Positions 28,826 through 39,922 are shown, numbered from the stretch's first letter. The stretch is 64,000 nucleotides of DNA from an uncultured delta proteobacterium (GCA_963737905.1 CAVTUQ010000025.1:224001-288000), one strand, 5' to 3'. Notes: generated from the letters alone by a model not told the origin. Translations and numbers: made by a program.

Positions 28826-29791
28826 TTATTTCGCCGGGGTGTTCTTCGCTCTGACTTCTGCCTTTTGCACTCTACTTTCTGCAACCGGCGTTCGCTTCCT
28901 GGCGCCCTTTTCCCAGAAAAGGATGACCGGGCTCGCGATAAAAATCGTCGAGTAGACACCGGAAAAAAAGCCAATAAGCAGCGCGAACGCAAAAGGCCGG
29001 ATAACGGCTCCCCCGAGGAAGTAAAGTGCGAAAAGTACCATCAGCGCTGTACCGGTCGTCAGAATCGTCCGGCTCAAGGTTTCGTTAATACTCGTGTTGA
29101 TAATATTTTCCAGGCTGTCCCGTTTGATCTTGCGCATATTCTCCCGGATACGGTCGCACACCACGACGGTGTCGTTTACGGAAAAGCCCACAATGGTAAG
29201 CAAAGCGGCGACGATCGTGAGATCAAACTCGTAACTGGCCAGCATTAATGCCCCGACCGTGATCAGGACATCGTGAATCAATGAGATCACGGCCCCGATG
29301 CCGAACCTGAGCTCGAATCGAAACCAGATGTAGATGCCCATCATAATCGTGGCGACGATGACCGACATGACCCCCCGGTAACGCAAGTCTTCGCCGATCT
29401 TGGGCCCGACGGATTCAATACGGCGGATTTCAAACTTTTCAGCGCCGAATTGATCGGCAAGAGCCTTCTTGATCTGTTCCCCCAGGGCACCCAGCTCCAC
29501 AGACGTCTTGTCTAAGCGAACAAGGTATTCATTGGCTCCTTGCTGGCCGAAATCCTGGATCACGCTACCACCCAGGTTGATGCTCTCAAACGCTCGACGG
29601 ATATCGGGTATGGCAACCTTCTGCTGAAACTTCAACTGCACCATCGTGCCGCCCGCGAAATCAACCCCCAGATTAGGTCCCTTTGTAAACAACATGATCA
29701 GGACGGCTAGGTTGACGACGGTGGAGAGGATAACGGCGATCCTGCGATAACTCGTGAACGGGATGCGGGTTCCAGGCTTGATAACCTCCAT
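28826..29791 (-). CDS. secF: Protein translocase subunit SecF
   Basis: GVDFAGG, SVGP, GFSVNDTVVVCDRIRE; start at ATG 29791. Confidence 0.95.
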   Translation of the reverse strand: MEVIKPGTRIPFTSYRRIAVILSTVVNLAVLIMLFTKGPNLGVDFAGGTMVQLKFQQKVAIPDIRRAFESINLGGSVIQDFGQQGANEYLVRLDKTSVELGALGEQIKKALADQFGAEKFEIRRIESVGPKIGEDLRYRGVMSVIVATIMMGIYIWFRFELRFGIGAVISLIHDVLITVGALMLASYEFDLTIVAALLTIVGFSVNDTVVVCDRIRENMRKIKRDSLENIINTSINETLSRTILTTGTALMVLFALYFLGGAVIRPFAFALLIGFFSGVYSTIFIASPVILFWEKGARKRTPVAESRVQKAEVRAKNTPAK

Positions 29792-29801
29792 CGTTTTCCT
29801 C

Positions 29802-31403
29802 TCAGACGCTGATTCGGTCGAGCCTTCGCCCGGCGATCCGAGCGTCATAGTAGATCCGGGTCAAATAGACCGCCGTTAACACCGTCGTGATAATGCCGAC
29901 GCAGAGGGTAACGGCAAAGCCTTTGATCGGCCCCGTACCAAACTGAAACAAGATGACGCCCGACAGAAACGTCGTCACGTTCGAGTCCAGGATCGCCGGC
30001 AGCGCGTTTTGATAGCCCGCCTCGATGGCGGAGCGAGGAGCTCGCCCTGTCCTCAGTTCTTCGCGGATGCGTTCGTTGATCAACACGTTGGCATCAACGG
30101 CCATGCCGATGGTGAGCACGATCCCCGCGATGCCGGGAAGGGTCAAAACCGCTTGGAATCCCGCCAAGATCGCCAGCATGTAAAATATGTTAAAAATCAC
30201 CGCGACAACGGCCACCAATCCGGCGCCCTTGTAATAGGCGAACATAAAGACGAAAACCAAGGCGCCACCAACGACAAAGGATGTGATCCCTTGACGGATG
30301 GAGTCCTGCCCGAGGGAAGGTCCGACGGTTCGCTCCTCAACGATCTCCACCGGCGCCGGTAGAGCACCCGCGCGTAAAACAATCGCCAGATCCCGCGCCT
30401 CCTTGATGTCAAAGCTACCGGTAATGGACGCTCTGCCGCCACCGATCCGTTCCTGGATGACCGGTGCTGAATAAACTCGATTGTCGAGCACGATCGCTAG
30501 ACGCCGCTTGACATTGGCCGCAGTGATCTGCTCGAAAAGCCGGGCGCCGGTAGAATTCAGGATCAGCTCTACATAGGGTCCTTGCAATTGAGAACTCGGT
30601 CGCACGCGGGCATCAGTAATATATTCACCGGTCATCAACGTGCGGGATTCCACCACGTAGGGAGTCTTCTCTCCCCCCACACCGCCTTCTCCCTTGCCGG
30701 CGTAGCCGTATAAAATTTGGCGACCGGGCGGCGGCCCGTTTTTTAGCGCGTCTTCAAGGTTAGCGGTGTCATCCACCAGTTTGAATTCGAGCAAGGCGGT
30801 CTTGCCGATGATCTCCTTCGCTCTTTCGGAATCCTGAATGCCGGGGAGCTGGATCAGGATATCTTGCTGCCCCTGACGCTGGATGATCGGCTCGCTGACC
30901 CCGAATTGGTCGATACGATTTCGAATAGTCTCCAACGACTGGTCTACGGCATAGTCCCGCAGGGAACGGATTTCCTCTTTACTGAGGGTCAAGAAAAAGT
31001 CCGAGGTCCCGCCGCTGGTTTGAGTATTGACCAGGGTGAGGTTTGGGAAATCGCTCTTTAACAATCCCCGCACGCGCTCGACGCTGGCTGCCGGGGCTTT
31101 AACTTGAAGCTGGGTACCCTCTACCCTCTCCACCGATACGCCTGAGATCCCTCGCTCACGTAGCACGTTAGTGAGATCGGTTTTGATCCGCTCGACATTG
31201 TTCTCGATTGCTTTGTCCACCTTCACCTCGAGAACCAGATGGCTACCGCCTTGAAGATCCAATCCCAAGTGAATCCGGTCCGTCGGCAAAAAGCTACTCC
31301 ACCAAGACGGCAGATTGCGCACTAATGTGGGCGTTAGATACACTAACGAAGCCAGAGTCGCGACCATAAACAACGCCAGTCGAACCGCCACACCCCGTCG
31401 CAT
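29802..31403 (-). CDS. secD: Protein translocase subunit SecD
   Basis: LGLDLQGG, RIDQFGVSEP, LRAGALPAP, GMAVDANVLI. Confidence 0.96.
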   Translation of the reverse strand: MRRGVAVRLALFMVATLASLVYLTPTLVRNLPSWWSSFLPTDRIHLGLDLQGGSHLVLEVKVDKAIENNVERIKTDLTNVLRERGISGVSVERVEGTQLQVKAPAASVERVRGLLKSDFPNLTLVNTQTSGGTSDFFLTLSKEEIRSLRDYAVDQSLETIRNRIDQFGVSEPIIQRQGQQDILIQLPGIQDSERAKEIIGKTALLEFKLVDDTANLEDALKNGPPPGRQILYGYAGKGEGGVGGEKTPYVVESRTLMTGEYITDARVRPSSQLQGPYVELILNSTGARLFEQITAANVKRRLAIVLDNRVYSAPVIQERIGGGRASITGSFDIKEARDLAIVLRAGALPAPVEIVEERTVGPSLGQDSIRQGITSFVVGGALVFVFMFAYYKGAGLVAVVAVIFNIFYMLAILAGFQAVLTLPGIAGIVLTIGMAVDANVLINERIREELRTGRAPRSAIEAGYQNALPAILDSNVTTFLSGVILFQFGTGPIKGFAVTLCVGIITTVLTAVYLTRIYYDARIAGRRLDRISV

Positions 31404-31407
31404 TCTC

Positions 31408-31740
31408 TTACTCCTTTACTTCTTTGGAACTTTTCTCGCCGGTGACGACGGCTGAGATTTGAGGCCGGTGAACACGGATCCGCACGTTTGGAGCCACTTC
31501 CAAAGTCACCACGTTATCCGCCAGAGCCACTACCTTACCGTAAATTCCTCCCGAGGTCATCACCTCGTCGTTTTTTTTGAGCTTGTTAAGCATCTCCTGA
31601 TGCTCTTTCCCCTTCTTTTGCTGCGGTCGGATGACCAAAAAATACATAATGACGAAGATCAAAATGAACGGTAGTATCGTCATCACCGGGCTGGGCCCTG
31701 TCAGTCCCGGTGCCGTTTGGGCATAGGCGATGTCCCACAT
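31408..31740 (-). CDS. yajC: Preprotein translocase subunit YajC
   Basis: YFLVIRPQQK, TSGGIYG; between tgt and secD. Confidence 0.95.
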   Translation of the reverse strand: MWDIAYAQTAPGLTGPSPVMTILPFILIFVIMYFLVIRPQQKKGKEHQEMLNKLKKNDEVMTSGGIYGKVVALADNVVTLEVAPNVRIRVHRPQISAVVTGEKSSKEVKE

Positions 31741-31758
31741 GCTTCCTCCTGTTAAATT

Positions 31759-32874
31759 CTAGACGGCTTGCAAAATATCGGCGGTCTCTCGGCTCCAGAA
31801 ATCTGTACGCCCTCGCCGCATAGCCTCACGACACCTTTCCATAAGCCGATGGTAAAAGTAAAGATTGTGCAAGCTATTGAGCTGGGATGAAAGAATTTCT
31901 CCGGCCACGTACAGATGGCGCAAGTAGGCCCGAGAGAAGTTGCGACAGCAGTAGCAATCGCAGGTCTCATCCAGCGGGCGCGGATCGCTGGCAAATTCGG
32001 CGCGCTTGATACTGAGTTTACCTCGCGCTGTAAAGAGCGTGCCGTTTCGAGCGTTGCGCGTCGGCAGGACACAATCGAACAGATCAAAACCGGCGCGGAC
32101 GGCGTTCAGGAGGTCTTCGGGCCTGCCTACCCCCATGAGATAGCGTGGCCGAGCTTCGGGCAGCCATCCCACCGTGGATGCCGCGATGGAATGAAGTAAC
32201 GCCTCCCCTTCCCCTACGCCCAGGCCGCCCACGGCAAAGCCGTCGAAGGGCATGGGAGCCATCTCCCGGACACACTGCTCCCGAAGATCTTTATACATCC
32301 CGCCTTGAATAATACCGAACATCAATTGATCTACTTTGCTTCGGGTTCTCAGACAACGTTCAGCCCAGCGAATCGTTCTCGCCGTGGAATCTCGAACATA
32401 CTCTCGGTTCGCGTCATGGGGGATACATTCGTCCAGAACCATCGCGATGTCGCTGCCAAGATCCTCTTGAATCTGAATCACACCCTCTGGGGTAAGGAGA
32501 TGATAGGACCCATCCAGATGCGACTGAAAGCGAACCCCTTCTTCAGAGAGTTTTCGCATCGCGCCGAGGCTAAAGACTTGGTAGCCTCCGCTGTCTGTCA
32601 AAATCGGCCCGTCCCAGCCCATGAAACGATGGAGCCCGCCCAGTTCGCGAATCAGCTCGGCGCCTGGGCGGAGATAGAGATGATAAGTATTCCCAAGCAA
32701 AATCTGACAACCCATCTCTTTTAAATCTCTGGGCAGCACAGCCTTTACTGTTCCCTGAGTGCCGACGGGCATAAAGGCGGGGGTTTCCACAACGCCATGC
32801 GCGGTGACCAGTCGGCCGAGACGTGCACCCGCCGGGTCCTTTTTGATGATTGCAAAGTGTGAAACCATGTCCAA
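31759..32874 (-). CDS. tgt: tRNA-guanine transglycosylase
   Basis: TPAFMPVGT, NTYHL, TDSGGYQV, DCVLPTR, CxCxxC. Confidence 0.96.
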   Translation of the reverse strand: MDMVSHFAIIKKDPAGARLGRLVTAHGVVETPAFMPVGTQGTVKAVLPRDLKEMGCQILLGNTYHLYLRPGAELIRELGGLHRFMGWDGPILTDSGGYQVFSLGAMRKLSEEGVRFQSHLDGSYHLLTPEGVIQIQEDLGSDIAMVLDECIPHDANREYVRDSTARTIRWAERCLRTRSKVDQLMFGIIQGGMYKDLREQCVREMAPMPFDGFAVGGLGVGEGEALLHSIAASTVGWLPEARPRYLMGVGRPEDLLNAVRAGFDLFDCVLPTRNARNGTLFTARGKLSIKRAEFASDPRPLDETCDCYCCRNFSRAYLRHLYVAGEILSSQLNSLHNLYFYHRLMERCREAMRRGRTDFWSRETADILQAV

Positions 32875-32940
32875 TTTTCGCTTGTTTGGATTTTAGGATC
32901 AGCGCTTAATCTGAAAACGACAATCTAAAAATCCCAACTG

Positions 32941-33978
32941 TTAAAGTATGAGCATCGCATCGCCGTAACTGTAAAACCGATACCGCATTTTGATCGCTTC
33001 GGCGTAGGCGCGCCGCACCAGTTCACGTCCGGCAAACGCAACCACTAGAATCAGGGGCGTCGAAGCCGGTAAATGAAAATTGGTAATCAATGCGTCGATG
33101 ACCCGGAAAGGATCACCGGGACGGATGAAAAGACGAGCAATCCCGTGGTCCGCTTTCACCTCTCCCGTTCGTCGCACAACCCATTCGAGTGTTCGCGTAC
33201 TGGTGGACCCGACAGCGACCACACGATGACCATCCCGTTTCGTCCGATTGATCCGCGCCGCCGTCTCAAACGGCAGGGTGTAACGCTCCCCTTCCATCCG
33301 GTGGTTTTCGAGAAGCTCTTCCCGTACCGGCTGAAAGGTACCTGGCCCTACATGAAGCGTCAATAGGGTTCTGTCGATTCCCCTCGCCCGTAACGCCTCG
33401 AACAGCTCCGGAGTAAAATGAAATCCCGCGGTAGGCGCCGCGACAGCCCCTGGACTGGCGGCATAGACGGTTTGATATCGTTCCCAGTCCAACTCCGCCG
33501 TGTGCCGAGTCCGAGTAATGTAATGTGGCAGCGGCAGTTCTCCAATCGCCTCGAGTTGTTCATTGAATTCGCCCGAATGACGGAACTCCAACCCAAAGCG
33601 ACCGCCTCCGAGGTCGCCGATAACCTGGGCCGTCATATTTTCATTGAACCGAATTCGGCTGCCTACTGCCGGTTTTTTCCGCCCATTGACAATAGTGATC
33701 CACAGGCTGCGCCCCTCGGGAAAACGCTCTAATAACAAAACTTCTACCTTGCCACCGCTTTCCTTGGCACCGTGAAGTCGCGCAGGAAACACCTTCGCAT
33801 CGTTGAGCACAAGGAGGTCTCCGGGATCTAAAAAACTCCCCAGTTCTGAAAAGACGCCGTGAATCAGTTCACCCGTGTTTCGTTTGACGACCAACAGGCG
33901 TGAGGCTTGTCGATCGTGGCTCGGATACGCCGCGATCAGGGAATCTGGAAGTTCGTATTTGAACTCTTTGAGGTTCAT
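32941..33978 (-). CDS. queA: S-adenosylmethionine:tRNA ribosyltransferase-isomerase
   Basis: YQTVYA, AAPTAG, LHVGPGTF, TNFHLP, YRFYSYGDAM; start at ATG 33978. Confidence 0.96.
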   Translation of the reverse strand: MNLKEFKYELPDSLIAAYPSHDRQASRLLVVKRNTGELIHGVFSELGSFLDPGDLLVLNDAKVFPARLHGAKESGGKVEVLLLERFPEGRSLWITIVNGRKKPAVGSRIRFNENMTAQVIGDLGGGRFGLEFRHSGEFNEQLEAIGELPLPHYITRTRHTAELDWERYQTVYAASPGAVAAPTAGFHFTPELFEALRARGIDRTLLTLHVGPGTFQPVREELLENHRMEGERYTLPFETAARINRTKRDGHRVVAVGSTSTRTLEWVVRRTGEVKADHGIARLFIRPGDPFRVIDALITNFHLPASTPLILVVAFAGRELVRRAYAEAIKMRYRFYSYGDAMLIL

Positions 33979-34087
33979 ACAAGTCTGGCCTTCGTCTGAA
34001 ACGCAGGGCCAGATCCGCCGGTAGCGCCGCCTCCAAAGGGTCGGGGCAAGCGCCAAAGGGTAGGAGATTCGCTAGCAGAAAAAATCG

Positions 34088-34846
34088 CTATGTTGAGTCG
34101 CTTTTCTTCAGGAACGGCGTGAGTAAATCGATGGGCACGGGAAATATCGTCGTTGAGTTTTTTTCCGACGCTACCTCGACGAGGCTCTGTAAGAAACGAA
34201 GCTGTAGTGCCATGGGCTGCCTGCCGATGACTTCGGCAGCGTCGGCGAGCTTTTGCGAGGCTTGAAATTCACCATCCGCATGGATCACCTTTGCGCGTCT
34301 TTCGCGCTCCGCTTCTGCTTGTTTCGCCATAGCCCGTTGCATTTCCTGGGGTAGGTCAATGTGCTTCAATTCAACCAGCACAACCTTGATTCCCCACGGA
34401 TCCGTCTGCGCATCGAGAATCTCTTGAATACGGCTATTAATCCGCTCTCTTTCAGCCAGCAATTCATCCAATTCCGCTTGCCCGCAGACACTCCGCAGAG
34501 TGACTTGCGCAAGCTGAGAAGTGGCAAACAAATAGTTCTCCACCTCACGCACGGCCTTATTCGGCTCCAAGACGCGAAAATAAAGCACGGCATTGACTTT
34601 CACTGAAACGTTGTCCCGCGTGATAACATCTTGGGGCGGGATATCCATCGTGACGGTCCGCAGGTCCATCTTCACCATTTTCTCGATACCTGGAATGACG
34701 TAAACCAACCCGGGTCCCCGGGAGCCAACCATACGGCCAAGACGGAAAACGACGGCCCGTTCATATTCTTTGAGGATCTTGACGCCGCTGATGATCGCAA
34801 CAAGAACAAGTATAATGAATGTAAGCGGTACTCCCAGACCAAACAT
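34088..34846 (-). CDS. SPFH/stomatin-like (slipin) protein
   Basis: [33 protein letters not shown]. Confidence 0.93.
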   Translation of the reverse strand: MFGLGVPLTFIILVLVAIISGVKILKEYERAVVFRLGRMVGSRGPGLVYVIPGIEKMVKMDLRTVTMDIPPQDVITRDNVSVKVNAVLYFRVLEPNKAVREVENYLFATSQLAQVTLRSVCGQAELDELLAERERINSRIQEILDAQTDPWGIKVVLVELKHIDLPQEMQRAMAKQAEAERERRAKVIHADGEFQASQKLADAAEVIGRQPMALQLRFLQSLVEVASEKNSTTIFPVPIDLLTPFLKKSDST

Positions 34847-34864
34847 ATTCGCCTCCCCCTCTGC

Positions 34865-36172
34865 TTACGATGATCGACCGGACAATCGCCGCACTTTGAG
34901 ACTCAGCCCTTGACCTCCGACAATTTCAACCTTTTCACCCGTGTCGATCTCGCCGTCGGCTTCAGCGTTCCACAACTCTCCACGAACGAAGACTTTTCCT
35001 GCCGGATTCAGTTTTGCTCTGACATCACCGATCTCTCCCAGCATCCCGTCGAGTCCTAACGTTGGTTTCGATTTCTGCGAGCGATAGACCAAATAGCTGA
35101 TGGCTAGGACAAAGGATGCCAGTGTGGCAACGGCGGTAAAGATAATCGAACGATCAACCCCCACGCCTGAATCCTGGGTGTCGAAAAGTAGAAAAGAACC
35201 CAGCGCAAGGGAAATCACGCCGCCGATGCCAAGCACCCCGAAGCTTGGGACAAAAGCCTCGCCGATCAAAAGCGCGACCCCGAGAAATATCAAGAAAAGC
35301 CCCGCATAACTAAAAGAAAGAACCTGCAAGGAGATTAAAGCCAAAATCAAACATATGGCGCCGGCGACGCCGGGGAAAATCACTCCAGGATGAGAGAACT
35401 CCATGTAGAGCCCGAGAATCCCGGCCATGAGCAGAAGATAAGCGATGTTCGGGTCAGCGATGATATTGATCACTCGATCCTTGAGGTTCATCTCATGCCG
35501 ACTGACTTTGACATCTTTTAGCGCGAGTGTATGGGGCCGGCCATCGAGATCCACTTTGCGCCCGTCCGATTGTTTCAGTAGGTCGTCGATGTCCTTGGCC
35601 ACGATATCGACGACGTTCAGCTTCAGGGCTTCTTTTTCGGTGATCGAAACGCTCTTACGTACCGCTTGAATCGCCCACTCCGCATTTCGGCCCCGCTGCC
35701 GCGCGATGGTTTCGCTGAACGATGCGGTGAAGTTTTCAATCTTCTCCCCCATCACGCCTTTGACTTCCTGTCCACCTCCCCCCACCGGATGGGCGGCGCC
35801 GATATTAGTGCCAGGTGCCATGGCCGCGACGTGCGCCGACATCGTGATGAATACGCCGGCGGAGCCCGCACCGGCACCGCTGGGGGCGACGTAGACGATC
35901 ACCGGAACCGGCGCGGCGAAAATTTCTTTGACGATCGTGCGTGTCGAACTGAGCAGCCCGCCTGGAGTATCGAGTTGAATGACCAGGGCTCGTGCTCCGT
36001 TTGACTTGGCGCGCGCGATGCTCTCTCGGATAAAGTCGTCTACGGCCGGATTGATGCTGCCGTCAATGACTATGAGGTCGACGTGCGGCGCTGACGCATC
36101 CTTGGGCTGCGCCAGCGCCGAGAAGCCCGCCGCCACGAAAATCATGAAGAGCGCGATTCTAAGCGTTCTCAC
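34865..36172 (-). CDS. nfeD: NfeD-family membrane-bound serine protease
   Basis: LDTPGG, AGSAG, GAAHPV, TM domain, C-terminal GKVFVRGELWNA; adjacent to stomatin. Confidence 0.9.
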   Translation of the reverse strand: MRTLRIALFMIFVAAGFSALAQPKDASAPHVDLIVIDGSINPAVDDFIRESIARAKSNGARALVIQLDTPGGLLSSTRTIVKEIFAAPVPVIVYVAPSGAGAGSAGVFITMSAHVAAMAPGTNIGAAHPVGGGGQEVKGVMGEKIENFTASFSETIARQRGRNAEWAIQAVRKSVSITEKEALKLNVVDIVAKDIDDLLKQSDGRKVDLDGRPHTLALKDVKVSRHEMNLKDRVINIIADPNIAYLLLMAGILGLYMEFSHPGVIFPGVAGAICLILALISLQVLSFSYAGLFLIFLGVALLIGEAFVPSFGVLGIGGVISLALGSFLLFDTQDSGVGVDRSIIFTAVATLASFVLAISYLVYRSQKSKPTLGLDGMLGEIGDVRAKLNPAGKVFVRGELWNAEADGEIDTGEKVEIVGGQGLSLKVRRLSGRSS

Positions 36173-36920
36173 CGTTCATCTCTTTGATAACTTTCTTGAT
36201 GTCTTCCCAAACAAGCTTCTTGTCTCCGGGGTTACGCAATAAATAAGCGGGGTGAAACGTCGGCATCAGTTTGATTCCATGATAGCTATGCCAATTGCCC
36301 CGCAGTTTTGTAATTGGAACTTTGCTCTGCAGCAACGTCTGAACCGCAAATTTACCCAGAGCGATAATAATTTCGGGCCGAACGAGATCGATCTGCTTCT
36401 TGAGGAACGGCTCGCAGGATGCAACCTCATCGGGCTCAGGATTGCGATTTTCCGGCGGCCGACACTTCACCACATTGGCGATATAGACATCCTCGCGCTT
36501 GAGCCCCATCCCTTTCGTAATGATATCGGTGAGCAGTTGCCCCGCCCGTCCCACAAAAGGCTCCCCTTGCAGATCTTCGTCACGACCCGGTCCTTCGCCA
36601 ATGAACATCAACCTGGCCTTGGGATTGCCCACTCCGAAGACGAGATGTGTACGACCTGACCATAGCTTGCAGCGCCGGCAATCACCGATGGTCGCCCGGA
36701 GCTCTTCCAGAGTCTTGGTTGTGTCCGTTTCTGATGAGTCGGAAAAGAGATCCCCTTCCGTCCCGCTCAGCAAGTTTTCGTTGGTTACGGTAATAGAATT
36801 CGCTTGAGGAACCTCGTCCCTCGAAAGAAATCGGATGCCAACGCGTTCTTGCCGTTGTATATGACGGCGAAAGGACATCACCAACGTCGCCAATTCTTGC
36901 CTGTCACTGCCTGTCGACAC
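36159..36920 (-). CDS. Uracil-DNA glycosylase, family 4
   Basis: CRRC, GEGPG, PFVGRAG, KCRPP, FHPAY. Confidence 0.93.
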   Translation of the reverse strand: MSTGSDRQELATLVMSFRRHIQRQERVGIRFLSRDEVPQANSITVTNENLLSGTEGDLFSDSSETDTTKTLEELRATIGDCRRCKLWSGRTHLVFGVGNPKARLMFIGEGPGRDEDLQGEPFVGRAGQLLTDIITKGMGLKREDVYIANVVKCRPPENRNPEPDEVASCEPFLKKQIDLVRPEIIIALGKFAVQTLLQSKVPITKLRGNWHSYHGIKLMPTFHPAYLLRNPGDKKLVWEDIKKVIKEMNGENA

Positions 36921-37011
36921 GATTGAAGCATCCTATGACTGTCGAAGGATCTTAGCACCATCTGTCGAGGCGTCGCAATATCGAGTCGCTGGTTGTTTTT
37001 CGCGGTCCGAC

Positions 37012-37554
37012 TCAGCCGGCCTTCCGTAGTTGCTCGAGATAAATCGATCGGACAGAAGTTAAGAAAGCCAGCGTCTCAATCCATAGGTAATCTGGATAGG
37101 TATGCGGGCAGGCTTGAAATGCGCCATCATAGTAAAGCAAAGTCGTCTCGCCGTAGATCCCGGACTTGAGATAGATACGATGTCCGGCATTTTTGGTCGA
37201 GGCAAGAACCGCCTTGCCGGCCTCAAGATAGCCGGGGTCGATATTCACCCTTCGCCCCGTCCCCTGCGGCCCGCCGGATCTATAGTGTCGCTCCACCTCT
37301 CGGGTTTGGAGTTTGATGCCCGCCAGGTTTCCCGGCGAATTCAATTGAGAAAAAGCGACGAAGCGCCGGAGCAAGCTGGCCCCCATCTCGTTTTCATAGA
37401 ACGTGGAAAGGTTCCAGGGCAAGGTTTGACTGCGGGCGTCGATGGCCCCGAAGATAGCGGTCAGATCGGCTTCAACGGAATTCAGGAGATCAACCTCGGA
37501 CGAGAGCAAGCCAACAAAGTACTTTGCCGGTTTGGGATCTCTGGGGATTCCCAT
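37012..37554 (-). CDS. DUF4416-family protein
   Basis: YENEMG, RRVNIDPGY, ASTKN, HRIYL, TYPDY. Confidence 0.8.
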   Translation of the reverse strand: MGIPRDPKPAKYFVGLLSSEVDLLNSVEADLTAIFGAIDARSQTLPWNLSTFYENEMGASLLRRFVAFSQLNSPGNLAGIKLQTREVERHYRSGGPQGTGRRVNIDPGYLEAGKAVLASTKNAGHRIYLKSGIYGETTLLYYDGAFQACPHTYPDYLWIETLAFLTSVRSIYLEQLRKAG

Positions 37555-37555
37555 C

Positions 37556-38761
37556 TCAACGCTGACTTTTTAGGGTAAGCAGATGATCAAGAATTTGCTC
37601 AGCGAGGTCATCTTTGCTCATGAGCGGCAATGAACGGACGGCACCGGCACGATCAAGAATCGTCGCGAGATTGGTATCAACGTCGAAGCCGGCTCCTTCT
37701 TCGCTGACGTTATTGGCGACGATCATGTCGAGGTTTTTCTCTCTAAGCTTTTTTTCAGCATTGGCTACCAGCTCTTCTGTCTCGGCGGCAAATCCCACCA
37801 ACATCTTTCCGTTCTTCCTAGCGCCGATCTCCTTGAGAATGTCAGGATTGGGTTCGAGACGAAGTTCGATCGGACCTTCACCCCGTTTCATCTTCTTGTT
37901 AACGAAACCAACCGGACGATAATCCGTGACGGCTGCTGCCATGATCACAGCCGTACACTGGGGAAACTCCTCCAGAACGGCATGCCGCATCTCGGCAGCC
38001 GTCGTCACCGCTATAAGACGAACCCCCGTAGGAGTCTGAAGCTCGGTCGGACCGCTGACGAGAAGTACCTCCGCTCCTCTTCGAAGTCCCGCGCGCGCGA
38101 GCGCATATCCCATTTTTCCGGACGACCGATTCGATAGATAGCGTACTGGATCCAACGGTTCCCGATTTGGACCCGCGGTAATCAATAGCTTCTCGCCAAC
38201 CAAATCCTTCTTTTTGAGCAAGCGGCGGATTTCATCCACGACCTTCTCTGGTTCCGGTAAGCGCCCTTTGCCCTCATAGCCGCATGCGAGATAGCCTTCG
38301 GCAGGTTCCATGAAATGGTAGCCGAGCCGCCGCAACTTCCGGATATTTTCCTGGAGGATCGGATTTGCGTACATGTGAATATTCATGGCAGGTGCGACTA
38401 AAACCGGCGCCTGGGTCGCCATAAGCACAGTTGTCAAGAGGTCGTCAGCAATACCGGCAGCGATCTTGCCGATCACATTCGCGGTTGCAGGCGCAATGAC
38501 AAAAAGATCGGCCCCATCCGCCAGATTGATGTGACCGATTTCAGATTCCTGGGTTAGATTGAATGTTTCAGTGCCAACCGGCATGCCGGAAAGGGTTTGA
38601 AAAGTCAGCGGCGTCACGAACTCCATCGCGCCCCTTGTCATGATGACCTGAACGATGAAACCCTCTTTAACCAGCAATCGGACGAGCTCGACGGCCTTAT
38701 AACACGCAATCCCGCCGGTCACGCCAAGCACCAACGCGGGTTTTTCTTGGTTAACGACCAC
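37556..38761 (-). CDS. coaBC: Bifunctional phosphopantothenoylcysteine decarboxylase/synthetase
   Basis: GGIACYK, APATAN, PAMN, LACG, DPVRYLSNRSSGKMG, VGFAAET. Confidence 0.96.
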   Translation of the reverse strand: MVVNQEKPALVLGVTGGIACYKAVELVRLLVKEGFIVQVIMTRGAMEFVTPLTFQTLSGMPVGTETFNLTQESEIGHINLADGADLFVIAPATANVIGKIAAGIADDLLTTVLMATQAPVLVAPAMNIHMYANPILQENIRKLRRLGYHFMEPAEGYLACGYEGKGRLPEPEKVVDEIRRLLKKKDLVGEKLLITAGPNREPLDPVRYLSNRSSGKMGYALARAGLRRGAEVLLVSGPTELQTPTGVRLIAVTTAAEMRHAVLEEFPQCTAVIMAAAVTDYRPVGFVNKKMKRGEGPIELRLEPNPDILKEIGARKNGKMLVGFAAETEELVANAEKKLREKNLDMIVANNVSEEGAGFDVDTNLATILDRAGAVRSLPLMSKDDLAEQILDHLLTLKSQR

Positions 38762-38965
38762 GGCCTAAAATAGCCAATTGGTCGGGTGCTTGCAAACCTT
38801 TATCACCTCGGGACACTGTCGTAGCCAAGGACCCAGGGCGACGTTAAGTGACTTCATTGGCACTTTTTGTCATTTCTCGCGGATAATGAACAGGGTTGGC
38901 CCGGCACTAGATCCAAGAAGTTCCTTAGAGTGCTAACATGCCTTTATCGTGGTTATTTTCAACTC

Positions 38966-38982
38966 TTGGCATGATTTTGGCT
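38966..38982 (+). promoter_or_regulatory. Possible sigma54 -24/-12 promoter upstream of the mlaA-like gene
   Basis: TTGGCATGATTTTGGCT fits GG-N10-GC. Confidence 0.3.
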
Positions 38983-39082
38983 GCGTTAGGATATCGCTCA
39001 AAAACACTAATTTCCGCGCCCGATTCACGCGTTATTGACACTTGACCAAGATTCCAAGTTCATGTAAGCCTAGGAGACGAAA

Positions 39083-39922
39083 ATGAAAATTGGCTATAGG
39101 TTTCGATTATTGTGCGCCAGGCTGCTTGTACTGTTCACGATCGGGTTGGGGCTAACGTTATTTACGATGACTGTGGCCCATTCCCAGGAGGAGACAGATA
39201 GGACTGTCGGGAGCAAGGATGTCGCGGGTACGGTAGTCGCTCAGGCACCCGTTGATAAACAGGCGGCCCAAACGGATACCACGTCAATGGCCGAAGGCTC
39301 GGCAGCGGGAGGTGATTTTGAATTCGACCCTTGGGAACCGTTCAACGAGAAAATGTTTTGGTTCAACCGCGAGGTTCTGGACCGCTTTGTGCTCAAACCC
39401 GTGGCAACGGCGTGGGACTTTGTTCTTCCTACCCCGGTTCAGAAGGGAGTTCACAACGTATTTGATAATCTTGCAGTGGTGCGGCGGGTGGTAAACAATG
39501 CTCTGCAATTGAAATTTGCCGGCGCGGCAAAGGAGGCCGCTCGATTCACGATCAATAGCACGATTGGAGTTGTGGGGTTTTTTGACGTGGCAAAAGAAGG
39601 ATTCGGTATAGAGCAAAGCGACCAGGATATGGGGCTGACGTTTGGTGTTTGGGGAATCGGTCCAGGGCCCTTTTTAGTCCTGCCGTTTCTACCGCCTTTG
39701 ACAGTGCGCGACGGGATTGGATACGCGGTGGACGTAGCGATGACCCCGTATATCTATTTCATCCCATGGTATGCCAGTATAGGGAGCACAGCCACTAACA
39801 TGGTCAACGAGCGCTCGCTGAATCTCGACCGTTTTGAGCGCGTCGCGGAGTCAACGGTGGACCTCTACGGCGCGGTTCGTAATGCTTACCTCCAGAGACG
39901 AGCAGCACAGATCCGGCGTTAA
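39083..39922 (+). CDS. mlaA: MlaA/VacJ-family protein
   Basis: DPWEPFN, RFTINSTIG, DMGLTFGVWGIGPGPFLVLPFL, VRNAYLQRR. Confidence 0.88.
   Translation: MKIGYRFRLLCARLLVLFTIGLGLTLFTMTVAHSQEETDRTVGSKDVAGTVVAQAPVDKQAAQTDTTSMAEGSAAGGDFEFDPWEPFNEKMFWFNREVLDRFVLKPVATAWDFVLPTPVQKGVHNVFDNLAVVRRVVNNALQLKFAGAAKEAARFTINSTIGVVGFFDVAKEGFGIEQSDQDMGLTFGVWGIGPGPFLVLPFLPPLTVRDGIGYAVDVAMTPYIYFIPWYASIGSTATNMVNERSLNLDRFERVAESTVDLYGAVRNAYLQRRAAQIRR

Noticed and set aside
38903-38936. CIRCE-like GAGTGCTAA
   Set aside because: Only the right arm is present; no TTAGCACTC at 9-nt spacing.
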